Origin: Candidatus Spyradocola sp.
GTDB taxonomy: Bacteria; Bacillota; Clostridia; Christensenellales; UBA1750
Direction: 5' to 3'
NCBI GenBank assembly: GCA_034113365.1
Contig: JAXEXP010000158.1
Location: 1,759-65,758 of the forward strand
DNA length: 64,000 nt
A program made the position numbers and the translations under genes. The notes under the pieces are model-generated. The model made no database searches, was not told where the DNA came from, and worked only from the letters and a program-made list of their open reading frames with translations. Shown one piece after another: positions 23,627-33,375 of the stretch. Within the stretch, counting starts at the first letter, position 1. Every line of letters begins with the position of its first letter.

Positions 23627-25513
23627 ATGATCGATCGAGCGATATTCAACAGCGCGCCGCTGGCGCCCAACGCGTTCGCGCCGCTGCCCGTGGGGGCTGT
23701 CAAGCCCGCCGGGTATCTGCGCGACGTGGAGCGCACGATGGCAAACGGGCTGAGCGGCAACCTTACCAAGGTATGGGACAGCCTGAAGGACTGCGCGTGG
23801 CTGGGCGGCGACGGCGACGACTGGGAGCGCGGGCCGTACTACTTTGACGGGCTGATCCCGCTGGCGTGGCAGCTTGGCGACGAGGAGCTGAAAAGCCTGG
23901 CGCAGAAATTCATCGACTGGACGCTGGATTCGCAGCGCGAGGACGGGTTCTTCGGGCCTGCGACCAACGACGACTGGTGGCCTCGCATGGTGGCGCTCAA
24001 GTGCATGCAGCAGTACTTCACCGCCACGGGCGACAAGCGCGTACTGAGCTTTCTGGCGCGCTATTTTGCGTACCAGAACAAGGCGCTGGACGAGAGGCCT
24101 TTGGGGCTGTGGAGCATCGCGCGCGTGGGCGAGGAGTTGCAGGTGATCCAGTTCCTGTACAACATCACGGGGCAGAAGGCGCTGCTGAAGCTGCAGGACA
24201 AGCTGATGCAGCAGTCCATCGACTGGACGGGGTACTTCCACACCTTCCCCGACGCGCGGGATCAGAAGCGCGCGTTCCCGTGGTCGCTGCTGGGGCCGAT
24301 GCTCGAGAACAACACCGACGCGTGGTCGGCGGGCTGGCAGCAGCACCATCATGTGCACGGCGTCAACATCGCCATGGCGCTCAAGACGCCCATGCTGGAC
24401 CACGAAGTGCACGGCGGCATCAAGCAGGAGCAGGCCTTCCGCGCGGGGTGGACCAAGCTGATGCGCGCGCACGGCGTGGCGTGCGGTCTGTACACCTGCG
24501 ACGAGCACCTGTCGGGCGCAAACCCCTCGCAGGGCATCGAGACGTGCACGGTGGTGGAGATGATGTACACGCTCGAGAGCCTGATGGCGATGTGCGACGA
24601 CGCGGAGCTGGGCGACCTGTGGGAGCGCATTGCGTACAACGCGCTGCCCGGCGCGCTGACGCCGGACGGCTGGGCGCACCCGTACTACCAGCAGGTGAAC
24701 CAGATCCGCATAGACGATCAGAAGCGCGATTTCTACAACAACGACAAGGACAGCAACGTGCTGGGGCTGGAGCCCACGTTTGGCTGCTGCACCGCAAATC
24801 TGCACCAGGGCTGGCCGAAGTTCACGGCGCACCTGTGGATGGCGACGCGCGAGGGCGGGCTGGCGGCGCAGTCTTACGCGCCGTGCGAGGTGCTGTGGCG
24901 CGTCGGGCCGGCGAAGGTGAACGTCAGCGTTGAGGGGAACTATCCCGTGTCCGAGGAGATCGTGATCCGCGTCAGGTGCTCGCAGGAGGCGGCCTTCCCG
25001 CTGAAGCTGCGCATCCCCGGCTGGACGCAGGACGCGTATGCAAAGATCGGCGAGACGGTGTACCCGGCAAAGGCGGGCTCTTACCTGACCCTGGAGCGCG
25101 TCTGGGGCGAGGAGACGGAGATCCGGCTGTTCATCGCGCAGGAGGTGCGCACGGAGAAGTGGTATCACCAGACGCTGGCGGTGTACCGCGGGCCGCTGCT
25201 GTACGTGCTGCCGATTGAGACGCGCTGGGAATACAAGGGCGAGCTGCCGCTGTGCGACCGCTGGGCGTACCCGCTGTCGCAGTGGAATTACGCGCTGCTG
25301 CCGGAATATGGATTTACCGTGGACAAGACGGGAACAAAGATCACGGCGACGGCGTTTATCTGCCCGGAATGGGGCGAAAAGCATGGCTCGGCGGATCAGC
25401 CGCCGGTGCGGCCGCTGCGGCAGGCGGACAAGGAGCGCGTGCACATCACGCTGGTGCCCTACGGCACGTCCATGCTGCGCATCGCGCAGTTCCCCTACGG
25501 CAGAGAGGAATAG
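23627..25513 (+). CDS. GH127/DUF1680-like beta-L-arabinofuranosidase family protein
   Basis: 628 aa with RBS GAAGGGAG. The N-terminus ...PLPVGAVKPAGYL..., the central ...HHHVHGVNIAMALK... and the C-terminal Cys-rich ...EPTFGCCTANLHQGWPKF are typical of the family as I recall it. Confidence 0.75.
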   Translation: MIDRAIFNSAPLAPNAFAPLPVGAVKPAGYLRDVERTMANGLSGNLTKVWDSLKDCAWLGGDGDDWERGPYYFDGLIPLAWQLGDEELKSLAQKFIDWTLDSQREDGFFGPATNDDWWPRMVALKCMQQYFTATGDKRVLSFLARYFAYQNKALDERPLGLWSIARVGEELQVIQFLYNITGQKALLKLQDKLMQQSIDWTGYFHTFPDARDQKRAFPWSLLGPMLENNTDAWSAGWQQHHHVHGVNIAMALKTPMLDHEVHGGIKQEQAFRAGWTKLMRAHGVACGLYTCDEHLSGANPSQGIETCTVVEMMYTLESLMAMCDDAELGDLWERIAYNALPGALTPDGWAHPYYQQVNQIRIDDQKRDFYNNDKDSNVLGLEPTFGCCTANLHQGWPKFTAHLWMATREGGLAAQSYAPCEVLWRVGPAKVNVSVEGNYPVSEEIVIRVRCSQEAAFPLKLRIPGWTQDAYAKIGETVYPAKAGSYLTLERVWGEETEIRLFIAQEVRTEKWYHQTLAVYRGPLLYVLPIETRWEYKGELPLCDRWAYPLSQWNYALLPEYGFTVDKTGTKITATAFICPEWGEKHGSADQPPVRPLRQADKERVHITLVPYGTSMLRIAQFPYGREE

Positions 25514-25544
25514 ACTACATCATTCATGCAAGGAGAAATGAAAA

Positions 25545-26612
25545 ATGGGACTGAAGATCGGCATCATTGGCTTTGGCGGCATGGCGCACTGGCATGCGAG
25601 CAACGCGGGCAAGCTGGAGGGCGTGGAGTTCCTCGCGGCCTACGACGTGGACGAGCAGCAGCTGGTGAGCGCGGAAAAGGAATTCGGCATGAAGCCGTGC
25701 AGGACGCTGGACGAGCTGCTTAACATCCCGGAGATCAACTTTGTGCTGGTGGCGACGCCCAATCAGGTGCACAAGGAGCTTGTGATCGCGGCGCTGCGCG
25801 CGGGCAAGAACGTGATGACGGAAAAGCCCGCGACGCTGTCGGTCGCGGACTGGGACGAGATGGTGGCGGTCAGCCGCGAGTGCGGCAAGCTGCTCACCGT
25901 GCACCAGAACCGCCGCTGGGACAAGGACTACCGCGTGATGCGCGAGGTGATCGAAAATGGCACCATCGGCAAGGTGTACTCCATCGAGAGCCGCGTGTTC
26001 GGCACGGTGGGCGGCATGTACGGCTGGCGCGCGTTCAAGGAGTACGGCGGCGGCATGGTGCTGGACTGGGGCGTGCACCTGTTTGACCAGCTGCTGTGGA
26101 TGTACCCGGACAAGAAGATCGTGGACGTCAAGGCCGAGCTGATGAGCCTGCTGGAGGCCAACCGCGAGGTGGACGACTACTTCAAGGTGATGCTCAAGCT
26201 GGAGGACGGCCCCGTGCTGACGGTGGAGGTGGGCTCCTACGCCTTCCGCGCGCTGCCGCGCTGGTACTGCATCGGCGACAACGGAACGCTGCAGATCGAC
26301 GACTTTTCCTGCGAAAAGGGCGGCATCACGCGGCCGCGGTTCGGCGCGGCGGGTAATGTGGCGCCCGTTGTGGTGCAGACCCCCGCAGGCCCCACGCGCA
26401 TGATGGCCCCCCGGCCCCCGGAGACGCGCGAGGAGCTGCCGCTGCCCGAGGTGGAGGCCAGCTGGACGAGCCTGTACGAGAACCTGGTGGACGTGATCGA
26501 CAACGGCGCGGAGCTGATCGTCAAGCCCGAGCAGGTGCGCCGCGTGCTGCAGCTGATCGAGGCGATCTTCGACTCGGCTTGGTGCGGACACTCCGTGGGC
26601 GTGCGCATCTGA
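25545..26612 (+). CDS. Gfo/Idh/MocA family oxidoreductase
   Basis: Rossmann N-terminus MGLKIGIIGFGGMAHWH and the EKP motif (VMTEKPAT). Confidence 0.85.
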   Translation: MGLKIGIIGFGGMAHWHASNAGKLEGVEFLAAYDVDEQQLVSAEKEFGMKPCRTLDELLNIPEINFVLVATPNQVHKELVIAALRAGKNVMTEKPATLSVADWDEMVAVSRECGKLLTVHQNRRWDKDYRVMREVIENGTIGKVYSIESRVFGTVGGMYGWRAFKEYGGGMVLDWGVHLFDQLLWMYPDKKIVDVKAELMSLLEANREVDDYFKVMLKLEDGPVLTVEVGSYAFRALPRWYCIGDNGTLQIDDFSCEKGGITRPRFGAAGNVAPVVVQTPAGPTRMMAPRPPETREELPLPEVEASWTSLYENLVDVIDNGAELIVKPEQVRRVLQLIEAIFDSAWCGHSVGVRI

Positions 26613-26651
26613 GTATAAAATCCCCCCTGACCAGACCCGGGAGGTACTGAC

Positions 26652-27542
26652 ATGAAACTGCGAATGAGGCTTTGTGCACTGCTTGCGGCGCTGCTGCTCA
26701 TGCTGACGGGCTGCGGCGGCGAGGCGACTTCGTCCTACGACAGGCCCGCGGTGAGCGAGCCGGAGATGTACGTGGAAGAGGCCTATGCGCCGGGCGCGGG
26801 GCTGGATGAGAGCGACTTTTCCGTGGACGGCATGGTGGAAAGCTCCCGCAAGCTGATCCGGCGCAGCACGCTGCAGCTGGAGACGCTGGACTTTGACCAG
26901 GCGGTGGACGAGATCAACGCGCTGGTGACCCAGCTGGGCGGTTACATGGAGTCCAGCTACGTGGAGGGCGGCGCACACGGCGGCAGCCGCACGGCAAACT
27001 TCACCTGCCGCGTGCCCGCGAAGGACTTTGCCGCGGCAAACGAGAAGCTGGCCGCCGTGGGCAACGTGGTGTCGCGCAGCCAGAGCGCCGAGGACGTGAC
27101 CGACCAGTACTACGACGTGCAGGCCGAGCTGGACGCGCTGAAGGTGCAGCAGGAGCGGCTGCTGGCGATGATGGAGCAGGCCACGGAGATGGCGGATCTG
27201 ATCGCGCTGGAGGAGGAGCTGACCGAGGTGCGCTACCGCATCAACGACCGCACCTCCGCCATCAAGCGCTACGACGGGCTGGTGGAGTACGCCACCATCG
27301 ACATCGACCTGACCGAGGTGGTGGAATACCAGGAGCTGCCGGCCGAGACCTTCGGCGACCGCGTGGCGGAGACCTTCTTTGGCTCCCTGGAGTTCGCAAA
27401 GGAATTCGGCCAGGGCATCGTGCTGGTGATCGTGGCCGTGCTGCCCTTTGCGGCGGTCTACGGCGGCATCGCGGCGATCGCGGCTGGGCTGATCGTGCTG
27501 ATCGTCAAGCTGTGCCGGAACAAAAAGAAGCAGCAGAAATAA
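26652..27542 (+). CDS. DUF4349-like lipoprotein with a C-terminal TM anchor
   Basis: Lipobox LLMLTGC, a coiled-coil middle region, and a C-terminal hydrophobic stretch followed by KLCRNKKKQQK. Confidence 0.7.
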   Translation: MKLRMRLCALLAALLLMLTGCGGEATSSYDRPAVSEPEMYVEEAYAPGAGLDESDFSVDGMVESSRKLIRRSTLQLETLDFDQAVDEINALVTQLGGYMESSYVEGGAHGGSRTANFTCRVPAKDFAAANEKLAAVGNVVSRSQSAEDVTDQYYDVQAELDALKVQQERLLAMMEQATEMADLIALEEELTEVRYRINDRTSAIKRYDGLVEYATIDIDLTEVVEYQELPAETFGDRVAETFFGSLEFAKEFGQGIVLVIVAVLPFAAVYGGIAAIAAGLIVLIVKLCRNKKKQQK

Positions 27543-27553
27543 CCGAATTACCG

Positions 27554-27592
27554 GGCGGCGTTCCGCGGCATGTGCGCAGGACGCCGCTTTTT
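27554..27592 (+). terminator. Intrinsic terminator
   Basis: GGCGGCGTTCC-(15 nt)-GGACGCCGC followed by TTTTTTG. Confidence 0.7.
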
Positions 27593-27712
27593 TGCGCCCG
27601 CCGCGTTGCCGTGTGTAACAAAAACTTTGCTTTTGAATTATTGAGCTCCCAAGTATGCCGGTGTATACTAGAGGATGGCATTATACATCATACACGGAGG
27701 GAATAGGGAAAC

Positions 27713-29080
27713 ATGCAGGAAGGTTTGACACGTGAAAACAAGATGGGCGTCATGCCCGTGGGCAAGCTGCTGATGAGCATGTCGCTTCCCATCATGATCT
27801 CGATGCTGATCCAGGCGCTGTACAACATCGTGGACTCGATGTTCGCGGCGCGCATCAGCGAGGACGCGCTGACGGCGGTGTCGCTGGCCTTCCCCATACA
27901 GAACCTGATGATCGCGGTGGCCACGGGCACGGGCGTGGGCATGAACTCGCTGCTGTCCAAGGCGCTGGGCGCGAAGGACTTTGACCGGGCCAACCGCGCG
28001 GCGACCAACGGTCTGTTCGTGCTGGTGCTCTCCTGTGTGCCCTTCATGCTGTTCGGTGGCCTGCTGACCGACTGGTTCATGCGCACGCAGACCGACATCG
28101 AGAGCATCATACTGCACGGCGACAGCTACCTGCGCGTGGTGTGTCTGGTGAGCGTGGGGGCGTTTGGCGCGATCGCGGTGGAGCGGCTGCTGCAGGCGAC
28201 GGGCAAGACGGTCTACTCCATGATCACGCAGGCGGTGGGCGCGGTGGTCAACATCGCGCTGGACCCCGTGCTCATCTTCGGCCTGTGCGGCCTGCCCGCG
28301 ATGGGCGTGACGGGCGCGGCGGTGGCCACGGTGATCAGCCAGTGCGTCAGCTTCGTGCTGGGCATCGTGTTCAACGTGTGCTGCAACCGCGAGATCAGCC
28401 TGAGCTACCGCGGCTTCCGTCCCGACGGCCACATCATCGGCCGCATCTACGCGGTGGGCGTGCCCTCCATCCTGATGGCCTCCATCGGCTCGGTGATGAC
28501 GTTCTTCATGAACCGCATCCTGATCGCCTTCTCCTCGACGGCCACGGCGGTGCTGGGCGTGTACTTCAAGCTGCAGTCCTTCATCTTCATGCCCATCTTC
28601 GGCCTGAACAACGGCCTTGTGCCCATCGTGTCCTACAACTACGGCGCCAAGAAGAAAAAGCGCATGATGCGCAGCATCAAGCTGGCGATCCTGACGGCGC
28701 TGTGCATCATGGCGGCGGGCTTCCTCGCCTTTGAGCTGATCCCGGACCAGCTGATGGGGCTGTACAACGCCTCGGAGCACATGCTGTCCATCGGCGAGCC
28801 CGCGCTGCGCATCATCGGCATCCATTTCCTGATCGCGGGCTACTGCATCGTGGCCGGGTCGGTGTTCCAGGCGCTGGGCAATGCGCTGCCCAGCCTGATC
28901 ACCTCGCTGGCGCGCCAGCTGGTGGTGCTGCTGCCCGTGGCCTGGCTGCTGGCGCAGACCGGCAACGTCAACAACGTGTGGTGGGCCTTCCCCATCGCCG
29001 AGGTGATGTCGGCCGCGATGACCACGCTGTTCTTCGTGCGCGAGTACCGCGCAAAGATCAAGCCTCTGCCCGAGGAATGA
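27713..29080 (+). CDS. MATE family efflux transporter
   Basis: 455 aa, 12-TM pattern. The N-terminus ...MPVGKLLMSMSLPIMISMLIQALYNIVDSMF is typical of MATE proteins. Confidence 0.9.
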   Translation: MQEGLTRENKMGVMPVGKLLMSMSLPIMISMLIQALYNIVDSMFAARISEDALTAVSLAFPIQNLMIAVATGTGVGMNSLLSKALGAKDFDRANRAATNGLFVLVLSCVPFMLFGGLLTDWFMRTQTDIESIILHGDSYLRVVCLVSVGAFGAIAVERLLQATGKTVYSMITQAVGAVVNIALDPVLIFGLCGLPAMGVTGAAVATVISQCVSFVLGIVFNVCCNREISLSYRGFRPDGHIIGRIYAVGVPSILMASIGSVMTFFMNRILIAFSSTATAVLGVYFKLQSFIFMPIFGLNNGLVPIVSYNYGAKKKKRMMRSIKLAILTALCIMAAGFLAFELIPDQLMGLYNASEHMLSIGEPALRIIGIHFLIAGYCIVAGSVFQALGNALPSLITSLARQLVVLLPVAWLLAQTGNVNNVWWAFPIAEVMSAAMTTLFFVREYRAKIKPLPEE

Positions 29081-29213
29081 TAATCTGAACCTGTAGCTCC
29101 TCCCGATCCTGCAATAGTGCGCAAGCATCATCGCAGGATCAGGAGGATTATTTCTGTACGCGCAGTATTCATAAAAAAAGAAAACGCCCGGTTTCAGGCG
29201 TTTTCTATCACAA

Positions 29214-29290
29214 TGGTGGGTCGCAGTAGACTCGAACTACCGACCTCACGCTTATCAGGCGTGTGCTCTAACCAACTGAGCTAGCGACCC
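29214..29290 (-). tRNA. tRNA-Ile (anticodon GAT)
   Basis: Reverse complement GGGTCGCTAGCTCAGTTGGTTAGAGCACACGCCTGATAAGCGTGAGGTCGGTAGTTCGAGTCTACTGCGACCCACCA. Upstream promoter TTGACA-17-TATGCT lies at 29309-29337 (minus strand). Confidence 0.9.
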
Positions 29291-29474
29291 GTGCTTTACA
29301 GCTTAAACAGCATAACACGCCGCAGAGGATTTGTCAAGGGATACCGTCAAAATTCTGTATAATAAAGTAAGATAAGGCAATTATAGGAACTCATCGGCTT
29401 CGCCTTTCGTCTCTATAGCAGGAAGCGCAGCGGAATCTGCACTCCCCAAAACGACGATAGGAAGTGTCCATGAG

Positions 29475-30188
29475 ATGAAGAAGAGTACGTTATTCGGTAT
29501 GCTGCTGATGCTGAGTCTGGTCGTATTTACGGCGGCGTTGACCGCCTGTGCCGCGCCAGCGTCGGAGGCGCCGACCGAAGCACCGGTCGCTTCGTCCGAA
29601 CCGGTCACTCCGGAGTCTGAGCCGCAGCCGGAGCCGTCCATTCCCGCAGCCGTCATGCCCCTGAACCCGCTGGAGGATGCGCAGGACGCGCTGGAGGATG
29701 GCGTTTACCCCGTCAGCTTCTCCGCTGGGGACCTGGCAAAGGAAGACAGCGGCTTAGTGCTGACCGTGGAGGTATTCGGCTTCGATCGCTACGCCAAGGG
29801 GGACATCGACGCGCTGGCTATAGGCGGGCACATCCGCGTCTGCGGTGTGGAGCGAGAGGTCACAGCCATCGAGCGCGATCCCCAGTTCGGGGACGTGGTA
29901 ATTAACGGGGACATTCGGCTGATGGCGCAGGAGGACGAATACCGCACAACGGCCGAAAACGACCATCCGATGTATTATTCGGTGGGCAAGGTCGTGATTC
30001 CGCTGTCCGCGGAGGCGGTGTTCACGGACAAGTCCGACCCGGAAGCGGCGCCGGAGGGCGCGGTGTTCGGGTACGACGAGATTCCCGACGCCATACGCAA
30101 CGGCGCGCAGGACTTTTCCTGCTACAACACCACAATCACAGTGCGGGGTGGCAGCATTGTGGAGCTGATCCGCCGCTGGATTCCCTGA
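29475..30188 (+). CDS. Hypothetical lipoprotein
   Basis: Signal/lipobox FTAALTAC followed by a P/E/S-rich linker. 237 aa. Confidence 0.6.
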   Translation: MKKSTLFGMLLMLSLVVFTAALTACAAPASEAPTEAPVASSEPVTPESEPQPEPSIPAAVMPLNPLEDAQDALEDGVYPVSFSAGDLAKEDSGLVLTVEVFGFDRYAKGDIDALAIGGHIRVCGVEREVTAIERDPQFGDVVINGDIRLMAQEDEYRTTAENDHPMYYSVGKVVIPLSAEAVFTDKSDPEAAPEGAVFGYDEIPDAIRNGAQDFSCYNTTITVRGGSIVELIRRWIP

Positions 30189-30258
30189 GATTTACCGTCA
30201 AATATGCCAAGAGGACGAGAGCGCATCGGCTTTCGTCCTCTATTGTTTTTGGTGCTGT

Positions 30259-31236
30259 TTACGCTTCGTCCGCGGGGAAGATGACGCCCATCTGGCGGCG
30301 GGCTTCGTCCATGACGCGGGCGGCGAGGAGCGAGGCGCGGTGGTAAGCGGACACATCGGCGCGGGTGCGGACGATGTCCTGGAATGCGGCGATCTCAAAG
30401 CGCATGGACTGGGGCTCGTGCACGGTGGGCAGCGTCTGGCGGGGCTGGCCGCGCAGGCACAGCGTCAGCTCCTGCGGCACGGAGATGTGGTCGACGAGCA
30501 GGCTGCCGTTTTCGCCCTGGAACTCGCTGGGGATGCAGCCGTCGGCGATCTTGGAATAGTGGATGTCCACCTGGAAATCGCCGTAGGACAGCAGGATGGA
30601 GCCCGCGCCGTCAAAGCCGTTGGGGAGCTTTACGGCGGTGGCCTGAACCGAGCGGGGCTCGCCGAAGAGCAGCACGGCGGGATGAACGCAATAGACGCCG
30701 ATGTCGAGCAGCGAGCTGTTGGATAGCGCGGGGTTGAACGCGTTGAGCACCTGGCCCGCCTTGAACTTATCATAGCGGGAGGAATACTGGCAGTAGGTGA
30801 GGCTGGCGCGGCGCAGCGTGCCCAGGGCGGGCAGCGCGTCCCGCAGCGTGGCGAAGGACGGCTCGAAGATGGGCTTCATGGCCTCGAGCAGCACCACGCC
30901 CATCTCGCGGGCGCAGGCGAGCATCTCCTCCACCTCGCGGGCGTTGCTGGCCATGGGTTTTTCGCACAAAACGTGCTTTCCGGCGCGCATCATCGCGATG
31001 GACTGCGCGCAGTGGGCGTAGTTGGGGCTGGCGACGTAGACGGCCTCCACCTCGGGGCAGGCGGCCAGATCCTCCAGGCTCCAGAATGCCTTTTTCGCGC
31101 CCTGCTGCGCGGCGAATTGCTCCGCTCGCTCGCGGGTGCGGCTGCAGACGGCGTAGAGCTCAAAATCCTCGCACAGCCTTCCCGCGGAGATGAATTTCTC
31201 CACGATGCTGCCCGAGCCGATGACGGCAAAGCGCAT
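30259..31236 (-). CDS. Gfo/Idh/MocA family oxidoreductase
   Basis: Start moved to ATG 31236 (RBS AGGAGGAAACCCC). MRFAVIGSGSIVEKF and the CEKP motif. Confidence 0.85.
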   Translation of the reverse strand: MRFAVIGSGSIVEKFISAGRLCEDFELYAVCSRTRERAEQFAAQQGAKKAFWSLEDLAACPEVEAVYVASPNYAHCAQSIAMMRAGKHVLCEKPMASNAREVEEMLACAREMGVVLLEAMKPIFEPSFATLRDALPALGTLRRASLTYCQYSSRYDKFKAGQVLNAFNPALSNSSLLDIGVYCVHPAVLLFGEPRSVQATAVKLPNGFDGAGSILLSYGDFQVDIHYSKIADGCIPSEFQGENGSLLVDHISVPQELTLCLRGQPRQTLPTVHEPQSMRFEIAAFQDIVRTRADVSAYHRASLLAARVMDEARRQMGVIFPADEA

Positions 31237-31247
31237 GGGGTTTCCTC

Positions 31248-31940
31248 CTATTCGTCGCGCACGGCGGCGCATTTGTCGATAAACCAGCGGAAGATGGGCA
31301 TCATGTTCTCGCCGATGAGGCGCTCGGGGTGCCACTGGGTGGCCAGGATCCGGTCGCCGCGCTCGTAGGCCTCCACCACGCCGTCGTCGCTGGTGGCGGC
31401 CAGCGTAAAGCAGGGCGCGAGGGTCTCCACGGCCTGATGGTGCGTGGAATTGACGAGCACCTTCTCCTGGCCGGGGAAGAGCGAGGCCAGCAGCGTGCCG
31501 GGCACCAGATGCGCATCATGGCGCGTCTCGCGGTTCTGGTGGTTGATGTGCACCTCGGGGCGGTCGAAGATGTGCTGGCAATGGGTGCCGCCCATCGCCA
31601 CGTTGAGCACCTGCTCGCCGCGGCAGATGGCCAGGATGGGCTTGTTGCCCGCAAAGAAGGTGCGCGCCAGGCGCAGCTCAGTGTCGTCGCGTTCAAAGGG
31701 CACCAGCTCGGCCTTTTCGTGGGCGGGCTGGCCCAGCGTTTCGGGGCGCAGGTCCGCGCCGCCGGTGAGCAGCAGGCCGTCGAAGTGGGCCAGTATGTAG
31801 TCGGCCTCCTGCTGATCGGGCACGTTGCCCACATAGAAGGGGCGGCCGCCTGCGGCCTCCACCGCGTGGGTGTAGTTGGCGCCGGGCGCCGCGGGGTCGT
31901 CGAATATGATGGATGCAATGGCGATGTTGGGCTTATTCAT
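31248..31940 (-). CDS. Class I glutamine amidotransferase-like / gamma-glutamyl-GABA hydrolase (peptidase C26) family
   Basis: Start at ATG 31940. LLLTGGADL, the nucleophile ICRGEQ, and HHQA...WHPE. The 573-aa tracked ORF is an artefactual extension. Confidence 0.85.
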   Translation of the reverse strand: MNKPNIAIASIIFDDPAAPGANYTHAVEAAGGRPFYVGNVPDQQEADYILAHFDGLLLTGGADLRPETLGQPAHEKAELVPFERDDTELRLARTFFAGNKPILAICRGEQVLNVAMGGTHCQHIFDRPEVHINHQNRETRHDAHLVPGTLLASLFPGQEKVLVNSTHHQAVETLAPCFTLAATSDDGVVEAYERGDRILATQWHPERLIGENMMPIFRWFIDKCAAVRDE

Positions 31941-32165
31941 GGGTGGCGTTCGACCTTTCGGGTGGAATTGGCGGTTTTTGCCTGTGACCATTGTACCCGC
32001 GCTGCGACGGATATGCAAGTAAAAAAGTTGCGCCCTGCAAAAATTACCATGTTCCCTGTATTTAAGGGTTTTGGCAGGTTTTGAGGTGGAGTGGAAGAAA
32101 CATCCATTGAAAAGGCTGGGGAAACTGTGATAGGCTGTAAAAAACAGAAAGGAGAGTGAACAAAA

Positions 32166-32966
32166 ATGATCAAGTTCGCTGCAATTTTGACTTCCGCTGC
32201 CATCGCCTGCTCGGGCGCCGCCGCGCCCGCGAGGGAGGACATCGCCTGCCGCATCGCCGCGCTGCGCTGCAGCCGCCCCGCCGTCGCCTGCCCCGCGCAG
32301 GACGCCTGGACCGGCTGCCCCACCCTCCCCGGCTGCACCCTCCCCGGCTGCGATCTGAAGGATTGCGAACCCAACGACTGCACGCCGAACGACTGCGCGC
32401 CGGACAGCTGCGAGCCGTCCGACTGTGGCTCCTCTGACTGCGAGCCGGAGGTGCAGCCCACGCAGACCCCGACCGTGACGCCCGCGCCCACGCAGGCTCC
32501 GACTGCGACGCCTGTGCCTACCGCGGCCCCTACGCAGGCTCCGACCGCGACGCCCGTGCCCACTGAGGGCACGGACGAGCTGCCCGGCGTGAGCGCCTAC
32601 GCGCAGGAGGTGGTGCGGCTGGTGAACATCGAGCGCGAAAACGCGGGCCTTGCGCCGCTTGCGATGGACGCGACGCTGAGCGCGGCGGCGCAGGTGCGCG
32701 CGCAGGAGATCGATGTGAGCTTCTCGCACACCCGCCCGGACGGCACCTCGTGCTTTACGGTGCTCAAGGATTTTGGCATCTCCTACCGCGCCTGCGGTGA
32801 GAACATCGCCAAGGGCTCTCCCAGCCCGGCGCGCGTGGTGGAGGGCTGGATGAACTCCGCCGGCCACAGAGCCAACATACTCAACGCGAACTTCACCGCC
32901 ATCGGCGTGGGCGTGTATGCCGACGCCGCAGGCACGCTGCACTGGGCGCAGCTGTTCACCGCGTAA
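32166..32966 (+). CDS. Secreted CAP/SCP-domain protein with an N-terminal Cys-rich pentad repeats and a Pro/Thr linker
   Basis: The C-terminus ...VNIERENAGLAPL...GENIAKG...VEGWMNSAGHRANIL is CAP-like. The N-terminus has DLKDC-EPNDC-TPNDC-APDSC-EPSDC-GSSDC followed by APTQAPTATPVPT twice. Confidence 0.85.
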   Translation: MIKFAAILTSAAIACSGAAAPAREDIACRIAALRCSRPAVACPAQDAWTGCPTLPGCTLPGCDLKDCEPNDCTPNDCAPDSCEPSDCGSSDCEPEVQPTQTPTVTPAPTQAPTATPVPTAAPTQAPTATPVPTEGTDELPGVSAYAQEVVRLVNIERENAGLAPLAMDATLSAAAQVRAQEIDVSFSHTRPDGTSCFTVLKDFGISYRACGENIAKGSPSPARVVEGWMNSAGHRANILNANFTAIGVGVYADAAGTLHWAQLFTA

Positions 32967-32985
32967 CACCCTCTGAAGGGAGCAA

Positions 32986-33017
32986 ACGGCCCGGCGTCTG
33001 TGCAGACGCCGGGCCGT
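32986..33017. terminator. Hairpin terminator between convergent genes
   Basis: GGCCCGGCGTCTG-TG-CAGACGCCGGGCC followed by GTTGGTGTT. Confidence 0.6.
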
Positions 33018-33032
33018 TGGTGTTCGATGGGC

Positions 33033-33374
33033 CTATTCGCCCTTCAGGCGCTCCAGGGCGAGCCGGAGCAGGTCGTCGGAGGCGGCGGTGATGGTGCGGA
33101 TCTGGTCGGGGGTGGCGTCGTCGTAGTGGACGCCGCAGGCGGCGCAGACGGGGGTGTGGAGGGCATCGGAGAGGGCGGCGGCCCAGCGGGTGCTGAGCAC
33201 GTCGTCGCGGTGGGACTGCCGCAGCAGAGTGCGGGGCGGGCAGCCGGGTTCGGCGAGGGTGACGGCGCCGACGTGGGTGCGGCAGCCGCCGGTGAGCAGC
33301 ACGTGCAGGCCCTCGTCCAGCGGGGTGAGGGCTGCACGCAGGAGGAAATCCAGCACGGTGATCTCCAACAGCAT
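33033..33374 (-). CDS. LpdD-like small subunit/chaperone of UbiD-type decarboxylase
   Basis: 113 aa, translationally coupled (TGACATG) to ubiX. It resembles the small LpdD proteins of gallate decarboxylase clusters as I recall them. Confidence 0.65.
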   Translation of the reverse strand: MLLEITVLDFLLRAALTPLDEGLHVLLTGGCRTHVGAVTLAEPGCPPRTLLRQSHRDDVLSTRWAAALSDALHTPVCAACGVHYDDATPDQIRTITAASDDLLRLALERLKGE

Positions 33375-33375
33375 G

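Noticed and set aside
31941-32969. N-terminal 340 aa of the tracked 573-aa minus-strand ORF
   Set aside because: It is Arg/Gly-rich nonsense lying antisense to the CAP-domain gene. The true amidotransferase starts at ATG 31940.
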